A stretch of DNA of 52,171 nt from an uncultured Oligoflexus sp. (lineage in GTDB: Bacteria; Bdellovibrionota_B; Oligoflexia; Oligoflexales; Oligoflexaceae). The notes under the pieces are model-generated. The model made no database searches. It had not been told where the DNA came from and saw only the letters and a list, made by a program, of their open reading frames with translations. The position numbers were made by a program, and so were the translations under genes. The stretch is taken from NCBI GenBank assembly GCA_964236955.1, contig CAXSGP010000022.1, forward strand, positions 1 through 52,171, read 5' to 3'. Of this stretch, positions 35,201 through 43,445 are shown piece after piece. The number at the start of each line of letters is the position of its first letter. Position 1 is the stretch's first letter.

Positions 35201-36971
35201 CGCCAGAATCATTCTCTGCGGCGGCCGGCCCTGAGTTTGAACCTGAGAAGTCATAGCCCGCATTCGATTGAACGGCCAGGATCTGGTTTGGAACCGTGAT
35301 CCCATCGACATCAAGTGCGGAATAAGAGCCTAATCGGTAACGGATGTAGTTTACAAGATTGCCAACGATGCTCTCTCGGTAGTTTCGTAGATAGATATGG
35401 TTAGTCGAGGAATAAACTTCACCATTCCTGTTGTCCGATACGCTTGGGCCATAACCAAGAAGACCGGATTCAACTTCGTAGCCATAGAAGGAAACTTTAT
35501 GGTACCGGGCATCGCCGTTCTTAACTGGCTTTGAAAGATCAAGAACAACTTTAATGGGGTCTTTCTCAAATTTTGTTCCCTTAGCCGCCTCGGCGAAGCC
35601 CCAGTTCCAACCGTTGATCGCTTCTTGAATCGCTTCAAGGAAGATAGGATCAGTCGGAGTGTTTTCGGTTACATGAAAAGTCACCGTCCGGTCAGGAGGA
35701 AGCATACGGTTTTGAATCAAGGATTTTGAAATCGTCGATTCACTGGCGTTCAGCTGGCCTGAATAGAGTTCCTTCCGCGACGCAAAGAATCCAAACTTGC
35801 GCATATCTTCGCGGGGATAAACTTTGCCTTCAACAAATTCATTCTTTTTGGCGAAAGAATAGTGCAATGAAATTTTGGTCAGAGAGTCATAGATGATGAA
35901 GGAGAAATAATCATCCCCCACTTCAAGACGCTTGATCTTGATGTTGTTGGTACTGGCCGCATCGATGTTCAACACGCGATCAAGTTGCAGCAAAGCATAG
36001 TCGCGATCTTTCCAGAATTTCGCGCCATTCTCAATCTTATCGAAAGCCTGCTCTTCGAGGTAAGCTTTCTCGCCGGTCTTAACCAGTCGATAGTCCATCC
36101 ATTGAACGGGGATCTCAAAGACTACGTTCAATTTTTCAGCGTCCTGCCCCTCGGCTTCTTCAGCTATGTTCAAATCAACGGCAAGGACCGAATTATTAGT
36201 CTTGGCAAAACGAATTTTCCCTGAACCAAGCTGGTTGCCGAGTTCAAGTCCGCTTTTTTTGTCGAGAGCGATAGGCTTGTCAACCACCGTCAATTCGTAG
36301 AACCACTGATTGTTTTCATCGAAGAACTTCGAAGGCAGCATGTCGAGTTTCATTTTAGATTCGAAATAGGCGGGAGTATTGACTTTGACAAGAAAGTGAG
36401 TCGCTTCAGACAGGAATTTCTTCTCGATAGTTTTGATAATATTGGTAGATTTACCGCGATCGTCTTTCGATCGTTCGACGGTGACCTTGGTCAGAGGAAG
36501 ACCAAAGAGTGGAACCCGATAGAGGCCGTTACCGATTTCTTCTGCATAGGTAATAACGTTGGAAGGAATTTCTTCTTTCTTGGCCAACTCGAAAAACACG
36601 AGTTTCTCTTCGGTAAAGTCGACCTGAACTTTATATTCCGAATCTTCCTTGCCGTAGAAATCAAAGTTGTTCATGCTCGCTGAACTAAAATCACCGAGGT
36701 CTGTTTCCATCGTGAATTCAACGGAATTAAAACTGCGAATGATACCACTGCCTGGTGCGACGACCAGTTCATCGGCGCGGGTTGTGACTCCCGGCGTGCG
36801 TTTCTTGCCGGTTTTAAGGGTATAAGTTGCCCCCTTAAAATCGCCAATCGCGTACACATACTCTCCGTCCCCTTGAGCGAATCGTGACTTTCTTTTCTTC
36901 TCGCAACCTGTGGCAAAAGCCATAAGTACGAGCAGAATGGTCAACATACGTTTACCCAGCCTGCGTTGCAT
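32247..36971 (-). CDS. Very large zinc metalloprotease lipoprotein (metzincin, EcxA/DUF4953-like)
   Basis: Lipobox ATG-C; GDARY, LLGYGPS, HEFGHNFGLRHNF (HExxHxxGxxH), SVMDY Met-turn, YDIAAIRYGY and YCTD; start at ATG 36971 with GGGAGA RBS. Confidence 0.9.
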   Translation of the reverse strand: MQRRLGKRMLTILLVLMAFATGCEKKRKSRFAQGDGEYVYAIGDFKGATYTLKTGKKRTPGVTTRADELVVAPGSGIIRSFNSVEFTMETDLGDFSSASMNNFDFYGKEDSEYKVQVDFTEEKLVFFELAKKEEIPSNVITYAEEIGNGLYRVPLFGLPLTKVTVERSKDDRGKSTNIIKTIEKKFLSEATHFLVKVNTPAYFESKMKLDMLPSKFFDENNQWFYELTVVDKPIALDKKSGLELGNQLGSGKIRFAKTNNSVLAVDLNIAEEAEGQDAEKLNVVFEIPVQWMDYRLVKTGEKAYLEEQAFDKIENGAKFWKDRDYALLQLDRVLNIDAASTNNIKIKRLEVGDDYFSFIIYDSLTKISLHYSFAKKNEFVEGKVYPREDMRKFGFFASRKELYSGQLNASESTISKSLIQNRMLPPDRTVTFHVTENTPTDPIFLEAIQEAINGWNWGFAEAAKGTKFEKDPIKVVLDLSKPVKNGDARYHKVSFYGYEVESGLLGYGPSVSDNRNGEVYSSTNHIYLRNYRESIVGNLVNYIRYRLGSYSALDVDGITVPNQILAVQSNAGYDFSGSNSGPAAAENDSGEMFSALPGLASEDVPVIDFSKLGKTSLAERTQQMTAATKKQKPFDDLSVISHNNSMIKNYITARKRLDSGASTEDEFMKSMKSARDADAKTGQTCEMLAATSLTFKEIEDVCGRTGTEFADYVKDLQDRVASGEKIYRLDSEREVLLNCAQKLMKPTLIATLAHEFGHNFGLRHNFQGSADKDNFARDANGVPESRMASVMDYSHGDADRGNRPAPYDIAAIRYGYYDAVEVVDNSTGEHSMVDISAKKKGDLRPLEQRVAESELGNKVSPRKYAYCTDGDIAGGTAQIGKATPFCERWDQGADPVTKVRSSIDNLVTSIITSGNRFDMENVASTGGLASRAIQRSLGAIRNIYDMYRFQLYLASKSKKGDEAVVQLLDDPYFDTISEQQMEINVLHQDAFDQANAIVAELRTNPTMPADELEKKLAQLPESVRDLAQYKVASEIIKDFMLELVFSDSNYCVALHNTGNGYEYLDAEPLATVRSKNFYLNRIDTAQCEEMGQYFNKKVAQASVGSTSVDKVVTVGNPFNSIPFSANPEVLAIRNNVRTGMSGIRTIALGYLAARTDFGEFVLGNYTNDAFTISAGMEVAANENFFPSLFDGESFRTRYIKKLKDRLVNGVSVATLASYADKKLRKLENKSVTVSQTSLNRSLPFFQEEKAMLQNAWTAYRVGINSPRGVNDTKTKSTLISSLPIDNFIGFGGPSRYAEYLVSSNGTAYFTNGAEAVELIRAFNATDNTLKAIVQKKTMTATQERLPIELKAFDKKVYNLLSGYLLAPVKMSDHYHSLNDVMYQVRICVLNTLVKEYQLNKSYYSSLNNQSLPDAPFSVPTYCEAPRVGAAEELTKFEAQFLGQARSYIDYIKTDKKFTNSQTLEEILNEVGLPKAPSPKEDPEATLTAIFKANETIGSSFVGLDYSYDHLSSLENNVAKNAAAKYASEPNGNSDLASLVAAARVEEFEKLKQDEPYVTLLNDKLELLRNLIFTR

Positions 36972-37054
36972 ATCATCTCCCTTAAACATTGGTAAGCCAA
37001 ACATTATGAATATATCCAATCATAACCGAGTGCCGTGGGCACCGGATAATAGGT

Positions 37055-37906
37055 TTAGAAGGAATAACTTGCGCCGATAAAGACCTGGCTGCGGCGCTTG
37101 TCGTAGAGCTGCACGTTGTTGCGTGCCCCGAGGTAATCAAAGGTCGCTCCGTCGTTCGTGTGGCCAACGTTGACTGACCAGATACCGTCGATATCGTATT
37201 TGATGGTTTCAACCGCAAGAAAGCTGTCGTTTTCCTGACTGCCATCGAAATCCCAAGAGCTTACGTCCGTGAAATTCGCTGCCCCTGTTATCCTTTTCCA
37301 AGTATAGGAAATACCATAACTCTGGCTAAACGAATACTTCGTGAGAATGGCTCCACCGTTAGCGAATTGATATTCGTAGAGATAGCGTTCGTAGGTGACA
37401 CCGCCGGACAAGGCCAAACCAGTTAGAATACCCTCAAAGGCATACCTCAAAGTTCCAGAAGCACCAAGGGTCCCTTTGGAATTCGAATATTTATAAAGGT
37501 CTTTGCTGACCGGAGCACCGTAGGAAAGATCCAAGCCGAGGCCAAAGGCTTCAGTAAATTTGATCGAATGGGAAGCCGACATAGTAAGATCGGTCAGAGT
37601 TGACCTTTCTTCGTTGTTCAGATCTTTATTGGCCTTTACAGAAAGACCGAAAGTAACAAGGTTCTTCATCTCATATTCGAGATTGATTCCAGGGCTTAGA
37701 AGAATCTGATACGTGGCATCGGAACTGTTCGTTGTTGAAGATCGAAGACTGAGGCCGGCAACTCCTCGAAAAGGCGCAAGCTCTTTTACTGCGGCGGGCT
37801 CTTCAGCATACAAAGGTGAGCCTATAGCAAACAAAGCGATCGCTCCTAAAGTAGAACTTGCCTTGTGCGTACGAGCGCTGAAAGAGTCGAAACATCGAAG
37901 AATCAT
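37055..37906 (-). CDS. Putative outer-membrane beta-barrel protein
   Basis: Signal peptide ending in LYA; alternating amphipathic strands; C-terminal beta-signal FIGASYSF. Confidence 0.75.
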   Translation of the reverse strand: MILRCFDSFSARTHKASSTLGAIALFAIGSPLYAEEPAAVKELAPFRGVAGLSLRSSTTNSSDATYQILLSPGINLEYEMKNLVTFGLSVKANKDLNNEERSTLTDLTMSASHSIKFTEAFGLGLDLSYGAPVSKDLYKYSNSKGTLGASGTLRYAFEGILTGLALSGGVTYERYLYEYQFANGGAILTKYSFSQSYGISYTWKRITGAANFTDVSSWDFDGSQENDSFLAVETIKYDIDGIWSVNVGHTNDGATFDYLGARNNVQLYDKRRSQVFIGASYSF

Positions 37907-38231
37907 CTTGTAACTTCACCTTTCCGAGGATAACCCTAAGCCTAGTATGCCTGGATTGACTGAGCTTTCTTAGGTTTGACCCAAATCTCATTTGAGATTA
38001 GCCCAAATGACACTGTAATATAGCTAAATGAATAGTTAGTAAAGTTTTAAATTGGACAACTGGCCATTTTTCCTAGGCAGGGTGAGGACGCTATTCAGTC
38101 ATGGCAAGAAATTTTATTGAATTTCAATAACTTATACATTCCTTGCCTGGCCTCTGGAAGATTTCGTGGAAACGAAAAAAAGAAAGCAATCGGGCGGATT
38201 GCTCTCTAAAAATTAACAGAAATTTTTCGTA

Positions 38232-40088
38232 TTAAATATTAGCCGAGGCAGCCTCTATAACTTTCTTTTTATAGACAATGATGCGAAACCCACCGGGTCC
38301 CTGATTGAGAAGTTCGGCCTTTTCATATCCCGACCCAGGCAGGGCTTGCTTAACCTTTTCGAGCAATGGCGCCTCCTGCAAACGGCCCACATCGAACCCC
38401 AATTGCGAGTAGTCGATAACAAAGAATCGATCGATCCTACCACTCTTAACAATCACGCTCCCCGAAGGCTCCCCGGCAAAGCCCTCTCTCGCCATAGTCG
38501 TTGGCATCTGCTCCCGGCGCATATCGGGGTAGTCTCGATAACATTGCAATGCGATGCTGGAGGGGGCTGCGTAATTACTAAATCCAACTAAGGTATTGAC
38601 TTCCGTTTCAGAGCTTTCGCGGCAGATAGCTGAAAAGGCGGCCGTTGCCTGCTCCGACTGTGTGTAGAAAATCAGCGCCTTCTGAAGATGATCCCGAGCC
38701 GGTGGAAAGAGCACAAGCAGGGTGGCGGTTAAAACGGGGGACAACCAGAGGCAGATGCTATCGAAACGCGAACCCACTTTTCGGCTGAACCTTTCCCAGA
38801 GGTGAACAATACCTAGCCCAGTCACGATATAGAGCATGGGTACTGATGTCATCAGATAGCGCAGTTGATAGTTCGGATGCAGAATGGTGAGCGATAGGTT
38901 GAAAGTGGTAAGACCGACAAGGAAGCGAGTGACCCGGGGCAGGTGCCTCCACAGCAGCAACATGATAAGGAGAGTCCCGACGGCTAAGATACCGAGAGCA
39001 GGATGAGCCGCGTACTGATTGATGAGGGCACCGGGGTAAAAGGTAAGCGTCTCGGTGGAGAAAAACGAATGCTGCCGGGTACTTTCGCTAAACATAAAGA
39101 TAAAGAAGATAGAAAAGAATACAGGATAACTCAACCAAACGAGAGCTGGCAGAATATCAAATCGAAGGAGCGATCGCAGGGGTTCAGGAGCCGACCAGAT
39201 GCTTTTGCCGTAGGATAAGAACTGAACCTTGTTTACGAGCCTATTACGAGCAATGATGATCCCGAGAAGCAAATAAGTGGGGTTGCCCAAGGCTCTCATG
39301 ATCAGAATCCTGTGACCCGCAAGCTCCAGGTTTACCCCTACTTTGTGGACGTAGATAAGAAAGGCGGTATAGAAGAGGACAAAGAACGTAAACCCTCCAC
39401 ACCAGTTGACATCGTGTACAAAGCCTTTAAAACCGCTTAACAGCAGCTTACGAAAATCACGTTGATACATAAATTCACAGAATACGATGGGCAGCATAAC
39501 GATCACTGCATAATTGAATTTGCAAAAAAATAAAACGATTCCACTGACACAGGTCAATCGCCAGTCTGAAACTTTTTGCTTCTGCAAAAATCGCAGGTAG
39601 AAAAATAATGTTACCATGCAAAAAAAGATGCCTGGAACCTCAAGCATTTCCTGAAGGCAATACTCCTGAAAATGCGGGCTGGTAGCGAGGAGGGAGGCAG
39701 CCAATGCACCGACTAACAATCCGAACCGCTCATGAGATACCCAACCAACCAGAAAAACCATAAGTGCCGACGGTATCGCCATCCATGCCGTCCAGTTTCT
39801 GGCCGTGATAAAACCTTCACCGAATAGGAGCTGAAAGGGGGCTTGCAAAAGGGGAATTGCTGGAGGCCACATCCCGCTGTTGTGCAACTGAACCATAAAC
39901 TCTTTCAAACTGAAATGGCGAAAAGCGCGCGCAAAATGGATGCCATCGAGCGCATGGGCAGCTGGATCCCACAACGGAGGACGCGTGGTCCATCCTTCAA
40001 GTCCCATGAGCATGAGAGCCAAGCGGCTTAAGAAATAGATCAAAATGACAGCAGTGACGAGCCCGAGGGCCTTGGAAAGCCTGGTCAT
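38232..40088 (-). CDS. GT-C fold membrane glycosyltransferase (ArnT/PMT-like, family 39/83)
   Basis: WDPAAH first loop, WPP, multiple TM helices, MLE.P, K.N, RYL motifs and a periplasmic C-terminal domain. Confidence 0.75.
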   Translation of the reverse strand: MTRLSKALGLVTAVILIYFLSRLALMLMGLEGWTTRPPLWDPAAHALDGIHFARAFRHFSLKEFMVQLHNSGMWPPAIPLLQAPFQLLFGEGFITARNWTAWMAIPSALMVFLVGWVSHERFGLLVGALAASLLATSPHFQEYCLQEMLEVPGIFFCMVTLFFYLRFLQKQKVSDWRLTCVSGIVLFFCKFNYAVIVMLPIVFCEFMYQRDFRKLLLSGFKGFVHDVNWCGGFTFFVLFYTAFLIYVHKVGVNLELAGHRILIMRALGNPTYLLLGIIIARNRLVNKVQFLSYGKSIWSAPEPLRSLLRFDILPALVWLSYPVFFSIFFIFMFSESTRQHSFFSTETLTFYPGALINQYAAHPALGILAVGTLLIMLLLWRHLPRVTRFLVGLTTFNLSLTILHPNYQLRYLMTSVPMLYIVTGLGIVHLWERFSRKVGSRFDSICLWLSPVLTATLLVLFPPARDHLQKALIFYTQSEQATAAFSAICRESSETEVNTLVGFSNYAAPSSIALQCYRDYPDMRREQMPTTMAREGFAGEPSGSVIVKSGRIDRFFVIDYSQLGFDVGRLQEAPLLEKVKQALPGSGYEKAELLNQGPGGFRIIVYKKKVIEAASANI

Positions 40089-40328
40089 AGAGAGTTATCC
40101 TTTAGTTATGGACCATCACAAAGTGGTCCATAATAAGGATGCAGGATAAAGATGTCAATCAAAGGCCCCGTCCCCTTGGAAGGGCCGGGCAAAGCAGGGG
40201 AGAAGGACGAGGAAGGATAAAGACTAAGGAACGAAAGCAAAACTCTCCTGGCCTAAGTCCAAATCCTGAGCCAGCCTCTGGCGCCAAGAGTAGGATGTCG
40301 ACACTGACCGTAAAGCGCGAGTCGAGCT

Positions 40329-40718
40329 TTAACGAATCGGTCCTGTTTTAATTGCTTTGCGAATAAAGTCATTCACGACTTCAAAAAGAGAGGCTGTCTT
40401 TTCCTTAGGAAGGTCAGCCAACGCGATTCGATTCGGGAATCCAATAACATTTTGAAGCATTCCGTACCGCCGGAAAATTCTCAGCAGGGAACTGGAACAG
40501 CGGATATTCCTATCGTAGTAAATCACAATGCTGCCCGTGAGCTCACTACTGAGCACATGCCGAACACCATGCAGATGATTAAGTTCTGAAAGAAGTTCAT
40601 GAGGAATAGCTGATTTCAAGGTGTTGAGACGTACACGAATTCTTCCGGGAGATTGGTAGATTCGACAACTCACTCTTTGTGCCCTCTGGTTTTTATAAAT
40701 TATAGACCAGATTTTCAA
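40329..40718 (-). CDS. HMA2-type small domain protein
   Basis: QSPGRIRVR...GVRHV.....TGSIVIYYD pattern; start uncertain. Confidence 0.6.
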   Translation of the reverse strand: MKIWSIIYKNQRAQRVSCRIYQSPGRIRVRLNTLKSAIPHELLSELNHLHGVRHVLSSELTGSIVIYYDRNIRCSSSLLRIFRRYGMLQNVIGFPNRIALADLPKEKTASLFEVVNDFIRKAIKTGPIR

Positions 40719-40861
40719 GTGCGCGCGAGCATATTCGTCAAATTTCTCTGGCTTTTCTTCCTAGGGAAACAGGGAACATTTTTCACGAAAAAGAAGTTCT
40801 ATTTGCTCTCGCCTTCCTCTAAAGTTCAAACTCTTCAGAATGGGGTCAAAAAAGGAGGAAT

Positions 40862-41224
40862 GAGCTTCAATCTAAGGAGCTGAAAGTGGGTCGGGCCTGG
40901 GCAATTAAAGAGACCTTTCAAAATCTATGGAGCTACACTTATCAGAAATCGGCGGAGAAATTCTTTGATAAATGGTGCTGGGGGGCGCGCCCCTCTCGTC
41001 TCGATCCTATAATAAAAGTAGCAAAATTGCTTAAAAGGCATCTGGAGAATATCCTTAACTATCCTGGACATCGCTTCACCCGTGCTAGCGCCGAAGACTT
41101 CCACCCAAAAATGCAGGCTATCAAGGCAGCCGCAAGAGGATTTAGAACTTCTCAAACTACAAGGCGGCCATCCGCTTTCATTGTGGCCAACCTCATCTTC
41201 TCTCCCCCTAAAGTCGAAAGATCC
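40862..41224 (+). mobile_element. ISL3-family transposase remnant (C-terminal fragment, frameshifted)
   Basis: LKVGRAWAIKE...SRLDPIIKVAKLLKRH.ENILNY..HRFT.ASAE....KMQAIKAAARGFR, continuing in another frame as FSNYKAAIRFHCG; N-terminal part absent. Confidence 0.85.
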
Positions 41225-41851
41225 AAAAAGGAAAAGAAAACTTAACCAAAGCATTCCATCGCCATGTTTTCCTAAACTGCTGGACGCAAAGTATTGAAAG
41301 CGAGAGGATTTGATCTCATGCCAACCGGTTGAACACAGATGCAGAAAATTTCACCCCACATCCAAGCCAATTCACTAAAAATGCGCCGTTAATTTTGAGG
41401 CTTCGAAAGCTATTTGATTGGCGAAAGAGTTAGGGGATCACAAGAGAGAAAGGATGACGGTTCAGTAAAATCCAAGCTCTGCTGGTAGGCAGGACCCGTA
41501 CGTTCTGTAGCCTTTTATAAGATTTCATGGCAGTCAAGGTATGCATTCTAACATAGGCTTATTTATGACGAATTTATCACAAAGTATGAATGGGTTGCGA
41601 TATAATGGTAGGTCTAAATAATACAGCAATTTGACGTCTTAGTGGAACAGACTAATGCTTTAATGACCTTTTGAGCGAATTTTCTTTCGATTTTTCTCGT
41701 TTGCAAAGTAAACAACCAGGTCTTTAGGACTTGGAAATATGGGCTACGTGAGAAAAAAAAGGAAGGGGACGATCCTTACTTTTTTTTCATGATTGAAGTG
41801 CCGACGAATCATAAGAAAAGTCCGTATTCTGACTGAATCGAGGAGGATTGA

Positions 41852-42625
41852 ATGAGTAGGACGAAGAACTATACACTTCTAGTCATTGATGATGAGTTGC
41901 AGGTTCATCGCTTTACCCAGGGCACATTGAGCACCCAAGGCTACGATGTTCATTCGGCTGAAACCGGACGACAGGGCATTGAGATGAGCAGCAGGCTCAA
42001 CCCAGACGCCATTATTTTGGACCTCGGCCTTCCTGATATGGATGGACTGGAGGTTCTCAGCAGCCTTAAAGCCTGGTATCAAGGCCCTATTATAGTCTTG
42101 TCGGTTCGAGATGACGAAGACTCTATCGTCTGCGCGCTTGATTCAGGGGCCCATGATTATATCCGTAAGCCCTTTCATGTGGGCGAGCTTCTGGCGCGTT
42201 TAAGATTGGCTTTACGCAACAATCAAGCGAACCAGACAAGCCCCATCTATACGTCTGGGGATTTAAGCGTCGATCTTTCTTCCCGTCGGGTCGCTCTAGG
42301 TGACCGGGAAATCAAGCTGACTGTAACCGAATTTGAACTTCTAAAAGTCTTGATACGGCACCGAGGCAAAGTCCTGACCCACAACCAGATCCTTACTGAA
42401 GTATGGGGTCCAAAGTCGGTCGAACATATACAATACCTCCGGGTCTATGTCGGACATCTGCGCCAGAAGCTGGAAGCCGATATCAACAAGCCCCGCCTTA
42501 TCCTGACTGAGCCCGGAGTGGGCTATCGACTGCAAAATCTTGACCTATTAAAAGAAGTCGTCCCTATTGAACCGGCCGGGTCCAATCAGTATATGGCTGT
42601 CGTTAACCAAGTAAAGATGGAATAA
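41852..42625 (+). CDS. kdpE: OmpR-family response regulator, KdpE-like
   Basis: DDE, LDLGLPDMDG, DYIRKPF, GKVLTH.QIL.EVWGP...H.QYLRVYVG.LRQKLE.D...PRLILTEPGVGYR; GAGGAGG RBS. Confidence 0.85.
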   Translation: MSRTKNYTLLVIDDELQVHRFTQGTLSTQGYDVHSAETGRQGIEMSSRLNPDAIILDLGLPDMDGLEVLSSLKAWYQGPIIVLSVRDDEDSIVCALDSGAHDYIRKPFHVGELLARLRLALRNNQANQTSPIYTSGDLSVDLSSRRVALGDREIKLTVTEFELLKVLIRHRGKVLTHNQILTEVWGPKSVEHIQYLRVYVGHLRQKLEADINKPRLILTEPGVGYRLQNLDLLKEVVPIEPAGSNQYMAVVNQVKME

Positions 42626-42642
42626 GCAGGGAGAGCTTGCAC

Positions 42643-43197
42643 TCAGTTAAATCCATAAACATAAGCCCTAGGCACTCTATCTTTCGTTACCACGATCCAA
42701 TAGATATGGTCAGATAACGAGGGGATGACTAAGGAGAATACCCAATTCTTTTTGACGTCCTCTCCTCTTTCCGGTGCAAATCCCCTTCCCTCTCTACCCT
42801 CCTCCAAAAGGACCAGTTGAGTTGTTTCACGATTGAAATGATCTCTCAAAACGGTACGCGCCAAGTCCCATTGCTGATCCGGATCGCTGACGTTCCCGTG
42901 TTCCGCTGGACCATCCATGCTCGCCAGAGCGACTTCCCGCGCATTATTTAAGGGACTTTCAATTTCATCGCTTATAACAAGGACCTGGTTTAACGCAATC
43001 CGCAAAGGTTTCGCAATCTCTGAAGGTGGAGCTTCCCCAAGATCCATTGTTACTCTATTAGCCGCAAGCTTCGTCATTTTTACTCTCTGAGCTAGGGGTG
43101 ACCTCACTGCAGCCAGGGCAAGAGGCCCAGTAGAGAAGCCAAGGCCCAGGACCAAGCCGGAAAACCAAACTATTAAATACGGCCTCAATGTGTTCAT
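42643..43197 (-). CDS. Hypothetical exported protein
   Basis: GGGAGG RBS, hydrophobic N-terminus, 184 aa; no family recognised. Confidence 0.7.
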   Translation of the reverse strand: MNTLRPYLIVWFSGLVLGLGFSTGPLALAAVRSPLAQRVKMTKLAANRVTMDLGEAPPSEIAKPLRIALNQVLVISDEIESPLNNAREVALASMDGPAEHGNVSDPDQQWDLARTVLRDHFNRETTQLVLLEEGREGRGFAPERGEDVKKNWVFSLVIPSLSDHIYWIVVTKDRVPRAYVYGFN

Positions 43198-43445
43198 TTT
43201 GTTGTTTCCTCCCTTCCCCTCACTTTTACGTTCTAGGCCTCACGAAAAGCCAGAGACATATTTGGGAAAACTGAGCTCTCGATGGAAAGAGCCCATGATA
43301 AGCCTGGGATAGAGGATTTTGGGCCGGAAAAAATTCGTTCTCTGAATGAGGTGGGTATAGGAAACGGCAAAGACCTGATGGGGCGTTGCCAGTAAGGGCC
43401 GGGTATCTTCAATAGTGGAGGGATTACCCTTGAACCCGGTCGCCA

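Noticed and set aside
41250..41850. Long AT-rich intergenic region as a possible ncRNA or pseudogene
   Set aside because: No convincing ORF remnant, repeat or structure found by eye.
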